Source of the DNA: Myxococcota bacterium
Lineage (GTDB): Bacteria; Myxococcota_A; Polyangia; Nannocystales; Nannocystaceae
Reading direction: 5' to 3'
DNA: 64,000 bases
Assembly (NCBI GenBank): GCA_039028615.1
Contig: JBCCHT010000002.1
Location: 288,001 to 352,000, forward strand
This document shows, in pieces, positions 50,779-59,753 of the stretch. Numbering within the stretch: the first letter of the stretch is position 1; each line of letters opens with the position of its first letter. A program made the position numbers and the translations under genes. The notes under the pieces are model-generated. The model was not told the origin of the DNA and did not search any database. It worked only from the letters and a program-made list of their open reading frames with translations.

Positions 50779-52311
50779 TCAATTACCGTGCAAGAGCTGG
50801 TACGCCTGGTTGTGGTTTTCTCGCACGCTGCGGGCCTGAGCTTCGAGACCGTCGTTCGGGAACGGCTGCGGCCTCGGGCTCACCGCAGTCGGTGCGCCCT
50901 TGGTCATGGGCCTCGGCCGTGGGTGGGATTTCTTCTTGGGTCGGCGTTGATGCGAGACCTTGGGCGGCGGCGGCGGAGCGAGGCCCTCGAGCGTGGGCTC
51001 GAGCTCGACCAGGCCGTCGACCAGCCGGGACAGCTCTGCATCGGGCATGTCCTCGAGGAGCGCTCGCGCTTGCGCAATGGTGCTGCCCACCAGCGTCTTC
51101 GCGGCCGGCACCTGACCGGAGCGCGCCATGGAGACCGCCTGTAGCGTGGCGGCGGCAGTCGTGGCCCGGGCGGCAGCCACCGCCACTTCGAGGTCCACGC
51201 CCTCGGCCAGGGCCCCCTCGTCGGCGGTCGCTTTGGCGGACACGAAGGTCCGCTCGACCATGCCCTGGCCCGCCCTCGCGTCGGTGTAGTTGACCACCCC
51301 GTCGAGCAGCTCCACGGTGGCGCCGTCGCGATGGGATCCGATGCCCAGCTTCACCAGCAGGGTCCGCTCTTCGTGCTCGGCCAGGTCGGGGAGCCGCAGC
51401 ACGTAGCCGCGACCGTTTTGGCTCATCCCCTGATGCGTGGAGCCATAGCCCGGCACCTCGAGCACGCTGACCCCGGGCCCCGGGTTGAGCGTCACGGAGA
51501 CCCCCGTCGCGGCGAGCCGCTCGAGCCCCAGCACTTCGTCGCGGAACACGGCGGCGACCATCTCGGGCTCTTCCACGAAGTGAAAGCGTCCGCCCGTGGT
51601 CTGGGCGATGCGACCCAGCAGGGTCTCGTGGAACTCGAGCCCCAGGCCCAGCGTAGTGATGGGCACGCCGACTTGAGCCACGGTTTGGTTCACCGCCGCT
51701 TCGTCGTTGGGCACGCCGTCGCTGACGAGGACGAGGCGATTGATCTCGTACTTGGGCGCCTGCAGCTGCACCTGGTACCAGCCCATCGCGAGGCCCTCGC
51801 TCAGGCTCGTGGTGCCCGAGGCTTCCATGGCCTCGATGGCCTCGACGATGGCCGGCTTGGTCTCGGGCGAGACGGCGGTCGCGGGCACCAGCACCTCCGC
51901 GACCGAGCCGAAGGACACCAAGCTGAAGGAGTCACCGTCGTGCAGATCGTCCAGCAGGGTCAGCGCGGCGTCGCGAGCCTGGTCGATGGCCTCGCCCGCC
52001 ATGGATCCCGAGGTATCGACGACGATGCCGATGTTCGCGGCGGGCCGGGGGACGTCCTCGAGCTCGGGGCTCCGCACCCCGATGCGAACCCAGCGCTCGC
52101 TCGGCGCGTCCGCGGCCACGAAGCGGTTGTCCAGCCGAGATCCGAGCTGGAGCTCGATGGGCTCCACGCCGGCGTCGGGGACCGCGAGCGCTTCCTCGAC
52201 GCCCTGGCCCGGGTCGGGACTCACCGGAGGGTGATGAGCATTGCGCGGAGTACAGGCGGGCATCACAAAGGCCGCCGCAAGGACCAACAGGGATAGGCTT
52301 CGTCGTCGCAT
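50779..52311 (-). CDS. VWA-domain lipoprotein
   Basis: MPAC lipobox; MIDAS motif VVDTSGSM; LVSDGVPN; TLGLG. Confidence 0.88.
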   Translation of the reverse strand: MRRRSLSLLVLAAAFVMPACTPRNAHHPPVSPDPGQGVEEALAVPDAGVEPIELQLGSRLDNRFVAADAPSERWVRIGVRSPELEDVPRPAANIGIVVDTSGSMAGEAIDQARDAALTLLDDLHDGDSFSLVSFGSVAEVLVPATAVSPETKPAIVEAIEAMEASGTTSLSEGLAMGWYQVQLQAPKYEINRLVLVSDGVPNDEAAVNQTVAQVGVPITTLGLGLEFHETLLGRIAQTTGGRFHFVEEPEMVAAVFRDEVLGLERLAATGVSVTLNPGPGVSVLEVPGYGSTHQGMSQNGRGYVLRLPDLAEHEERTLLVKLGIGSHRDGATVELLDGVVNYTDARAGQGMVERTFVSAKATADEGALAEGVDLEVAVAAARATTAAATLQAVSMARSGQVPAAKTLVGSTIAQARALLEDMPDAELSRLVDGLVELEPTLEGLAPPPPPKVSHQRRPKKKSHPRPRPMTKGAPTAVSPRPQPFPNDGLEAQARSVRENHNQAYQLLHGN

Positions 52312-52531
52312 CAAAAACGCGTTCCGGGCCCCGAACGCCGGCCGCCATGGCCGGCTTACGGGCAAAGATCCAGACAGTCGGGTTCACGGAACGCACCACC
52401 GCGGGAACCGGCCTGGGCTCCATCACTTTCGCCCCTCCCGCTACGCGTGTTCAGGGATCCGCGGATGGCCGCAGGCCCTCCGAGACCGGTTTGGAGCGTT
52501 GTTCGGGCCCGCGTGATATCGTCGATGACTG

Positions 52532-54448
52532 ATGACGGCATCGTCTGCGGCAGACCAAGCGGGAACGAACCTCGTGTTGGTGTGCTGCGCTCGCGAAGAC
52601 GCCGAGCCCTTGAGCGAGACGCTCAGCGTGCTGCGCGAGGACGGGCTGGAGGTCGAGCTGGTCGAAGGGCTCGACGAAGACGCCAAGCGACTGACCGCGG
52701 TCATCGAAAAGCACGGGGGCGCCGGCCTCTACGTGCTGTGCCGCAGCCCTCGCCTCGGCCGCGAACAGGTGGAAGAGCTGCGCGAGCTGCTGCTGGCCCG
52801 CCACGTCCCCTTCGCCCGCACGCTGACGGTGGCCGTCGGTGGCCGAGGGGCGCTGGCCGATCGCATTCGCTCCGGGCTGCGTCGATCGAGCACGCGGGGC
52901 GGCGGGAGCAGCCGCAGCGCCGCTTCGTCCCGAGGAGCCTCGGCGCGCGCCAGCTCGGGTCGCGTGTCGATCACGCCCACGGACACCACGGAGGACGAAG
53001 AGCCGACGCTCGTGGGGCGCCGCGATGCCCTGGGCACGACCCCGCCTTCGCCTCCCAGACCTCCCGCCAAGCCCCGGCCTCCGTCGGGGACTTCGGCCGT
53101 CAACAAGCGCCCACCCGCGCCTCCGCGCCCGCCCGCCTCGGCCAGCAAACCGCCGGCCCCCTCGAAGCCGCCGCCGCCGCCCGCACCGGATGCCGCGGAC
53201 TCGATGGTGGCCACGGCGACCGAGTCGATGATCGAGGAGATCGAGACCTCGCCCGAGGACACTTCGCTGAGCAATCCGCGGATCTCGATGTCGGACCTCG
53301 ACCTGTCGGACCTCGACGACTCGATCACCGACATGCGCATGCCGGCGGAGGAGAGCACCTCCGAAGGGCAGCTGACCGCACAGATCTCCGGCGACACCGT
53401 GATCGGGCCGATGCCCGCGATGATCACGGGCGACACGCTCACGGGTGAGAAGATCCCGGAAGACTTCCGCAAGAAGATGGCCGCGCTGGGCGGCGTATGG
53501 CCCGAGCCGCGCCCCGCGACGACCGAGCCCGCGCCCGCGCTGCCTGCTCCCGAGTCGACGCCGACCGCCGCCGACTCGGGCGAGGCCTTCGCGCCCTCCC
53601 TGCCGGAGTTCTCCGACTCGGCCGCGCACGAGACCAACCCGGCGGCGGAAGACGTCACTCGACCCGGGTCCTCGGAGGACTCGAACGCGGCCCCGGCTCT
53701 GCCTCCACCGGATGAGGCGGAGGACGTGGCCACGGTACCCGTGCCCGCACTGACCACGCCGAGACCCGTGGTGGCCACGAATAGCTCGCCGCTGGAATCG
53801 ACCGTGCCCACTCCGGTGGTCCAGGCCTCGAACGAGCCCGGCCCCGCACCGGTCGGGCCGTCCTTTGCGAGCAGCTCGGGTTCGCTGCCGAGCTGGCTGC
53901 CGTGGGCGCTGGGCGGAGCCGCCGTGCTGCTGTTGTGCGTGGTGGTGGCGGTCGCCGCGTGGCCCGACGACGAGCCGGACGAGGTCGCCAGCAACGAGGC
54001 GACCTCCGAGCCCAAAGACGACGACGCACCGAAGCCCGAGGCCGACCCGACCCCGGAGAAGAAAGCCGAAGCCGCACCGCCGGTGAAGCCGCCGCCGCCC
54101 AAGACCTACCCGGTGCTCGCCGCGCTGCGCACTCGGCAGGTCCGCGCCCTCGACGTCCTGCTGGTCGCCACCGAGACCTCGAACGCCGACGACCACGCCG
54201 CCGCGAGCCAATACTGCGAGGCGCTGGAGATCGCCGGACTCGGCGGCTGGCGCCTCCCCGATGTGGGCGAGCTACGCTCTTTGAGCGACGCCCAGATGAT
54301 CCAATCGAACAAGTACTACTGGTCGGCCACGGCCGCCGACCTCTTCGGCGACACCCACCTGGCCTGGTACGGGCGGCGCAAGTACGCCAAGCCCCACGCC
54401 AAGGCTGCGCTGACCCAGTGCGTGCGCGGGAGCTCGAGCGACTCGTGA
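52532..54448 (+). CDS. Bitopic protein: TIR-like N-domain, Pro/acidic linker, TM, C-terminal DUF1566 (Lcl) domain
   Basis: YCEAL..GGWRLPDVGELRSL..YYWSAT..CVRG at the C-terminus; TM LPWALGGAAVLLLCVVVAVAAW; alpha/beta N-domain. Confidence 0.78.
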   Translation: MTASSAADQAGTNLVLVCCAREDAEPLSETLSVLREDGLEVELVEGLDEDAKRLTAVIEKHGGAGLYVLCRSPRLGREQVEELRELLLARHVPFARTLTVAVGGRGALADRIRSGLRRSSTRGGGSSRSAASSRGASARASSGRVSITPTDTTEDEEPTLVGRRDALGTTPPSPPRPPAKPRPPSGTSAVNKRPPAPPRPPASASKPPAPSKPPPPPAPDAADSMVATATESMIEEIETSPEDTSLSNPRISMSDLDLSDLDDSITDMRMPAEESTSEGQLTAQISGDTVIGPMPAMITGDTLTGEKIPEDFRKKMAALGGVWPEPRPATTEPAPALPAPESTPTAADSGEAFAPSLPEFSDSAAHETNPAAEDVTRPGSSEDSNAAPALPPPDEAEDVATVPVPALTTPRPVVATNSSPLESTVPTPVVQASNEPGPAPVGPSFASSSGSLPSWLPWALGGAAVLLLCVVVAVAAWPDDEPDEVASNEATSEPKDDDAPKPEADPTPEKKAEAAPPVKPPPPKTYPVLAALRTRQVRALDVLLVATETSNADDHAAASQYCEALEIAGLGGWRLPDVGELRSLSDAQMIQSNKYYWSATAADLFGDTHLAWYGRRKYAKPHAKAALTQCVRGSSSDS

Positions 54449-55122
54449 GCGCCAAGCAAGCTCCGCCCTCCAAGTCGTCCCGCGCCACCGACCCGTCGCG
54501 TCGCGGCCTGCGACTGATGGTGTACGACCGCAGCTGTCGGGGCCGCACCGCCCTGCCCGGGCTCTCGCATGCGTGGTGGGCCGGGGCCAAGCTCTACCGC
54601 ACCATGCGTCGGCTCGACGCCTACGTCGGGGTCGACAGCTGGGAGCAAGGGCTCGAGTTCCTCGCCGAGTATCGCCCCGAAGAGCCCTTGGCCGAGGTGC
54701 AGTACTGGGGCCACGGCAAGTGGGGTGGCGCCCGCGTTCGCCAGCAGATGCTCGATCGCAGCGCGCTCGAGTCGAAGCATCCCCTGCACTCCCGGCTCGC
54801 CGCCGTGCGCGATCGCTTCGTGCCCGACGCCCAGGGCCTTTGGTGGTTTCGGACCTGCGAGACGCTCGGGGCCCGGCCCGGTCAGCGCTTCGCGATGGAG
54901 CTGTCGGACTTTCTCGGCGCACGCGTGGCCGGCCATACCTTCATCACCGGGCACCTCCAGAGCGGCCTGCACACCCTCGCTCCGGGGCAGCGGCCGCAGT
55001 GGTCGGAGGACGAAGGGCTCCGCGAAGGCTCGGTCGAAAAGCCCACGCGGGCGCACTGGTCCAAGCTCCGCGCGCCCAACACCATCACGTGCCTCCGCGG
55101 CACCATTCCCAAGGGCTACTGA
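54445..55122 (+). CDS. Hypothetical protein with His-Gly/Cys dyad-like motifs (DUF4347/caspase-hemoglobinase-like)
   Basis: GTG start overlaps the previous TGA; EVQYWGHG and WWFRTCET motifs. Confidence 0.7.
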   Translation: MSAKQAPPSKSSRATDPSRRGLRLMVYDRSCRGRTALPGLSHAWWAGAKLYRTMRRLDAYVGVDSWEQGLEFLAEYRPEEPLAEVQYWGHGKWGGARVRQQMLDRSALESKHPLHSRLAAVRDRFVPDAQGLWWFRTCETLGARPGQRFAMELSDFLGARVAGHTFITGHLQSGLHTLAPGQRPQWSEDEGLREGSVEKPTRAHWSKLRAPNTITCLRGTIPKGY

Positions 55123-55146
55123 GCCATCGCGGCTGACCGCCGGGCC

Positions 55147-56142
55147 CTAGCTGGTGCGGGCTCGGCCGGACTGCGATCGCGAGCGGCAGCGGGACTCGCC
55201 GGAGCCACAGCGAAAGCGAACGTGCATGTGGTCGCGGTGGCCATCCCAGTGCTTGAGGATGGGCGGCGTCTCGGACTCGCGGCCGGGCACGCGGAAGTAG
55301 CGGGCGAACTCTTCCTCGCTCAGCTCGCGGCGAGCCAGCGGCCGTAGCAGGCGCTGCAGCCGAATGCTGATGAAGATCTGCTGGACCTCGCCAGTCTCGA
55401 CCAGGGCGCGAATGAGGGCCCAATTGCGCTCGACGTCGAAGTTGTCGGCGTTGGCTCGTTGCCAGCGCTCGTGCTCGAGGCCGTCGCTGAGGATATAGCC
55501 CAGGTCGACGTCGCGACCGGTGCGATGAGATCGATGAGGCGCGGCTCGACCTCCGCGGCGGGCCGAGATTTCACCCACCGAGATCGGCGGCGCGTCGTCG
55601 AAGGTTCGACCATAGCGGGTGAACGCGGTGACCATCGCCTCGATGGCATTGCTCGCGCCAAAGGCCCGAGTCCGTCGCTCGCGGAGCGTCCAGAACGGAC
55701 CCTCGGGCATCGGCTTGCCGTGCTCGAGACGCCCCGAATTCGGAGCGCCCACCGAGCGGGTCGGCTTTTCGTCGGAGGCCCGATACACCCACAGGCGAGC
55801 GCCGGACTGCACCCGCTGCTGCCCGCGAAGCTGTGGGTTGAGCTCCATCAGAGCGCGCTTCTTGATGCCCCAGCGGCTCGCCAGCGCGTCGACGCTCTCG
55901 CTCTCGCCCACCGTCCACTGGATCTCGAGCAACGAAGGCAGCGGCATGGCCTCGACCGCCTCGGCCTCGGCGGCCTCGGCCACCGTTGCCGCCAGAGCGA
56001 CGGTCGTCGGTGCCGGGGGCAGCATGCTCATGGAGGCGGGCTCCGGCACGACCGACTGGCCTCGGACACTGGTGGTGGTCTCGAAACCCGCACCGATGGC
56101 CAACGGCCCTATCAGGGCCAATGCACGAAGGTATCCCCCCAC
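55147..56142 (-). CDS. LysM + penicillin-insensitive murein endopeptidase (MepA/M74-like)
   Basis: ESVDALASRWGI..LMELNP (LysM); SVGAPNSGRL, HRSHRTGRDVD, HRDHMHVR. Confidence 0.88.
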   Translation of the reverse strand: MGGYLRALALIGPLAIGAGFETTTSVRGQSVVPEPASMSMLPPAPTTVALAATVAEAAEAEAVEAMPLPSLLEIQWTVGESESVDALASRWGIKKRALMELNPQLRGQQRVQSGARLWVYRASDEKPTRSVGAPNSGRLEHGKPMPEGPFWTLRERRTRAFGASNAIEAMVTAFTRYGRTFDDAPPISVGEISARRGGRAAPHRSHRTGRDVDLGYILSDGLEHERWQRANADNFDVERNWALIRALVETGEVQQIFISIRLQRLLRPLARRELSEEEFARYFRVPGRESETPPILKHWDGHRDHMHVRFRCGSGESRCRSRSQSGRARTS

Positions 56143-56218
56143 GACTCGCGAACTCTACCGAAGGTGACGATCGGGAGCCACTGCAATCGGCCCCATCGAT
56201 GTGAGCGTATTTCGAACG

Positions 56219-56252
56219 AAAAGGTTCCCTGCGACCCGCGCAAGGAACCTTT
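56219..56252 (-). terminator. Rho-independent terminator after the TetR gene
   Basis: Minus strand AAAGGTTCCTTGCG-loop-CGCAGGGAACCTTTT. Confidence 0.7.
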
Positions 56253-56282
56253 GGAGTGCGAAGCCCTGCGACCTCGACCTAC

Positions 56283-56873
56283 TCAGTTCGAGGTCGACTT
56301 GGGGGCGGCGTGGGCGACCAGGAGCAACAGCGCGCTGACCATCATGTCGACGAGCTGGTCTTCGCTCATCTCGGCTTCGTGCTCGAGCCACTGGAGACAA
56401 GCCGACTCGGTGAAGCCCGCCCATCCGAACACGGCCACGCGCTGAACCGCACCGTCGTCGCGGATACCGGCGCGCTCGAGGATGCGGCGGACCACCTTGT
56501 TCCGCGCGTCGTCGATGATGCGCTGGACCTCGTCGTCGACCTCGCCCCGCATGAGCGTGCGATAGAAGGTCGCGTTGAGACGAATGAAGCCGACGAAGCG
56601 GGCGAGCGCGCCGCGGACGGATTCTTCGAATGGCACTTCGTCGTCGAGCTGCGTGGCCTCGAGGACTCGGCGCGCGAGCTCGCGAACGGTGGCGACGTAG
56701 TAGCCGCGCTTATTGGCAAAGTAGTGGTAGAGCAGCCCCTTGGAGACACCGCCGGCGAGCGCGATGTCATCCGTGGACACCTGATCAAAGGCGCGTTGGC
56801 TGAAGAGCTCGACACCGAGCTCGAGCAGGCGGGCACGCCGCTGATCCACGGAGAGTCGTTGTGCACGAGGCAT
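56283..56873 (-). CDS. TetR/AcrR-family transcriptional regulator
   Basis: RRARLLELGVELFS..VSTDDIALAGGVSKGLLYHYFANK. Confidence 0.93.
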   Translation of the reverse strand: MPRAQRLSVDQRRARLLELGVELFSQRAFDQVSTDDIALAGGVSKGLLYHYFANKRGYYVATVRELARRVLEATQLDDEVPFEESVRGALARFVGFIRLNATFYRTLMRGEVDDEVQRIIDDARNKVVRRILERAGIRDDGAVQRVAVFGWAGFTESACLQWLEHEAEMSEDQLVDMMVSALLLLVAHAAPKSTSN

Positions 56874-56887
56874 GTCGGTACATTGAA

Positions 56888-56914
56888 TCTTTATTGGGCG
56901 ATGCTCAATAAAGA
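56888..56914. promoter_or_regulatory. Palindromic operator, likely the TetR autoregulatory site
   Basis: TCTTTATTGGGC-GAT-GCTCAATAAAGA (11 of 12 positions symmetric), about 15 bp upstream of the TetR start. Confidence 0.7.
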
Positions 56915-56950
56915 AAATGGATCGAGCCCGAATAACGTCGTTCAGTAAGG

Positions 56951-57091
56951 GGTTGGCGTACATTCCCTGACGCAACTTCTGCACACGCGCACCGAACGCC
57001 GGCTAAAACGTCCTCGGAATGGAGTTCCGAGCCAGGAAACGAATCCAGCTCGGTTGAATCAGAAGCAATCTCGGGGACCTCTTTTTCAACC
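56951..57091. ncRNA. Candidate rod-shaped structured RNA
   Basis: Five nested helices around an apical hairpin in a lower-GC intergenic region; strand unresolved. Confidence 0.35.
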
Positions 57092-57168
57092 GGAAGATCT
57101 CGATCCAAAGCCCACAAGTCGCGCGGGTTCGCACCGGGCCAGTCGGCCGAAGGCGCCAAACCCGAGAC

Positions 57169-58068
57169 TCAGGCCTGCGTCGAGGCCGCGCGCAACGAAG
57201 CCATCAGCGCCTCGGCCGCGGACGATGGCGTCCGGTCGCGGCGATGCACCAGCCAGAACCAGCGCGCGACCGGAGTCCCCGCGACCGGCACGATCTCCAT
57301 GCGGCTGCGTTCGAGTTCATCCGCCACCGCGTGGCGAGAGACGAAGCTCAGGCCGAGCCCACTCAGCACGCAGCGCTTGGCCGCCTCGGTGCTGCCCACG
57401 ACCAGGCGTGGCGCCAGTCCCTCGCCGCCGCGCACCTGCGTGAGCAGGTCGGCCACCGCCGCTCGGGTGCCCGAGCCCTCCCCTCGCAAGATGAGCGGCA
57501 ACCCGCGCAGCTGCGTGGGCTCCAGGGGCTTGGTGGACTCGACGAAGGGGTTCGGCGAAGGGCCGACCAGCACGACCTCGTCTTCGGCAAAGGGCTCCGC
57601 CACCAAGCCGCGTTCGCTGGGGCGACGGCCGACCAACGCACAGTCGCACTCGTCGGCCATCAAGGCGGCCAGTGCTCGTGACGACGCGGACACGTTGACC
57701 TGAACGTCGACCCCGGGATGACTGCGCCGCAGTCGAGCCAAATGAGGTGCCAACAGGTACTCGCCGGGGATGGTGGAGGCTGCCACCACCACCCGACCCC
57801 GCTGCCCCTCGTCTTCCGCCCGCAGCTCGGCCAGCGCCTCGTCGCGCAGGGCGATGAGTCGCTCGGCGTAGCTGCGCAGCAACAGGCCCCGCGAGGTCAC
57901 CCGCACCCCGTCTCGACCCCGGTCGAGCACGCGTCCGCCCACCGCCGCCTCGAGGGCTTTGACCTGGAAGCTGACCGTGGACTGGCTGATGCCCAGGGCC
58001 TCTGCGGCCCGCGTGAAGCTGCCGTGCTCGAGCACGGCCAACAGCGTCACCAGTTGGTCGAAGTCCAT
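57169..58068 (-). CDS. LysR-family regulator (CysL-like)
   Basis: GSFTRAAEALGISQSTVSFQVKALE; AASTIPGEYLL; RGEGSGTR. Confidence 0.93.
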   Translation of the reverse strand: MDFDQLVTLLAVLEHGSFTRAAEALGISQSTVSFQVKALEAAVGGRVLDRGRDGVRVTSRGLLLRSYAERLIALRDEALAELRAEDEGQRGRVVVAASTIPGEYLLAPHLARLRRSHPGVDVQVNVSASSRALAALMADECDCALVGRRPSERGLVAEPFAEDEVVLVGPSPNPFVESTKPLEPTQLRGLPLILRGEGSGTRAAVADLLTQVRGGEGLAPRLVVGSTEAAKRCVLSGLGLSFVSRHAVADELERSRMEIVPVAGTPVARWFWLVHRRDRTPSSAAEALMASLRAASTQA

Positions 58069-58077
58069 CGTGCGCGG

Positions 58078-58707
58078 CTACTTGGTGCCGAAGAGACGGT
58101 CGCCCGCGTCGCCGAGCCCGGGCAGGATGTAGCCCTTTTCGTTGAGGCGCTCGTCGATGGCCGCGGTGAAGACCTCGACATCGGGATGCTGCCCGCAGAA
58201 CACCTCGATGCCCTCGGGTGCCGCCAGCAAGCAGGCGAACTTGATGTTCTCCGCGCCCGCCTCCTTGACCCGCTGCACCGCCGCCGCGGCCGAGTTGCCC
58301 GTGGCGAGCATGGGGTCGACCACGATCACCTGACGATCGGCCATGTCCGAGGGCGCCCGGAAGTAGTACTCGACCGGCTCGAGCGTCTTGGGGTCGCGGT
58401 ACAGGCCCACGTGCCCGACCCGAGCCGAGGGCAGGATCTTGGTCATGCCGTCGAGCAACCCGGCGCCCGCTCGCAGCACCGAGATCAGCACGACCTTCTT
58501 GCCCGCCAAGAACGGGGCGTGCATCGACATCAAGGGCGTCTCGATCTCGCGCTCCTCGAGGGGCAGGTCGCGGGTGACCTCGTAGCCCAGCAGCATCGCG
58601 ATCTCCTGGAGCAGCGCCCGAAAGTTGCTGGTGCTCGTCTCCTTCCGACGCATCAGCGAGAGCTTGTGCTTGATCAGCGGGTGGGCAATGTTGTGAACCT
58701 TGGCCAT
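58078..58707 (-). CDS. upp: Uracil phosphoribosyltransferase
   Basis: [42 protein letters not shown]. Confidence 0.98.
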   Translation of the reverse strand: MAKVHNIAHPLIKHKLSLMRRKETSTSNFRALLQEIAMLLGYEVTRDLPLEEREIETPLMSMHAPFLAGKKVVLISVLRAGAGLLDGMTKILPSARVGHVGLYRDPKTLEPVEYYFRAPSDMADRQVIVVDPMLATGNSAAAAVQRVKEAGAENIKFACLLAAPEGIEVFCGQHPDVEVFTAAIDERLNEKGYILPGLGDAGDRLFGTK

Positions 58708-58784
58708 CGAAGCTGCCTTTCGAGCGGGGTTTCGGTCGTAGATCAGAAGCGGTCGGGGCGACAAGAGCGAGAATGGACCGGTCG

Positions 58785-59744
58785 CTAGCGGCCGGCCGCG
58801 AGCGCCTGGGCGCTGGCCAGGCCCCATGCCCGCATGGTGACGCGGGCGATGACCGAGGTCTGGCTGATGCCGAACGCGATCAGGATCTTGAAGGCGTTGG
58901 CCTGCTCTGCGCTGGGCGCCACCACCCAGTACAGCACCATCAGCCCGAGGCCCACGACACCGAGCCGAACCGTAACCCCGACGATGGCGCCCGTCCGTGC
59001 CCGGCACAGGCTCATCCCGCGCTGGAGGGCCGTCATCGCGGTGCACTCCGGGTCGGCGATGGCCGCCACCTTCGCGTAGTCGACGATGAGCCGGATCGCG
59101 AGCATGAACGCCCACACCACGAGGTACTTGCCCACGATCCACGCCGCATGGACGCGCTCGTCGATGACGTCGCGGTTGTGGTCGGCGACCCAGGCGGTGA
59201 GCCACGGCAGCATTTTCGCCAGCACCACCGCCCACGCGATCCAGCCGACCACGGCCAGGGTCAGCATGCGACCGAAGTGCTGCGCCCCCAGGCGGATCAA
59301 GCCCCGCTCGTCACCGCCGAAGCGGGCGAGCAGGCCTCCCGAGAGGAAGGTCCAGCCCAGCAAGTAGCACAGCCCGGCCACCATCAGCGGGAGCGGCAGC
59401 GCGAACATGGCCCCCGTGACCAGGCCGTCGAGCGCACGCAGGACCGCCCCGATGCCCACGATACCGGCGTCGAAGGTGCCCGCGATGCCCTGCGCCTGCG
59501 CAGAGAACGACGCGTACCACAGGCCGTCCCAGCTGCTCAGGAGGTTGTCGGCGGCCTCGCGGTGACGGAGCGACTGCGCCAGCGTCGATTGCATCGCGCC
59601 CGCCAAGGGCAACGCCAACAACACGCTGAGCAAGTAGGCCGCGCCGACCGAGGTCCAGTGTTCTCGAACCCGAGACCATCCCGTGGCCACCGCCTGCGCC
59701 GCCCCGACGGACGTCGATTGTGATTGTGATCGCGAAGAACTCAT
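58785..59744 (-). CDS. Polytopic membrane protein
   Basis: Multiple hydrophobic helices; starts about 10 bp after the M1 peptidase stop. Confidence 0.75.
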   Translation of the reverse strand: MSSSRSQSQSTSVGAAQAVATGWSRVREHWTSVGAAYLLSVLLALPLAGAMQSTLAQSLRHREAADNLLSSWDGLWYASFSAQAQGIAGTFDAGIVGIGAVLRALDGLVTGAMFALPLPLMVAGLCYLLGWTFLSGGLLARFGGDERGLIRLGAQHFGRMLTLAVVGWIAWAVVLAKMLPWLTAWVADHNRDVIDERVHAAWIVGKYLVVWAFMLAIRLIVDYAKVAAIADPECTAMTALQRGMSLCRARTGAIVGVTVRLGVVGLGLMVLYWVVAPSAEQANAFKILIAFGISQTSVIARVTMRAWGLASAQALAAGR

Positions 59745-59753
59745 GGCGGTGCC

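Noticed and set aside
57092..57168. GGAAGATC resembling a tRNA-Sec end next to a CysL-like LysR gene, and GCCGAAGGCGC resembling a glycine riboswitch
   Set aside because: No UCA anticodon arm or T-loop; no GGAGA element and no downstream gene in that orientation.
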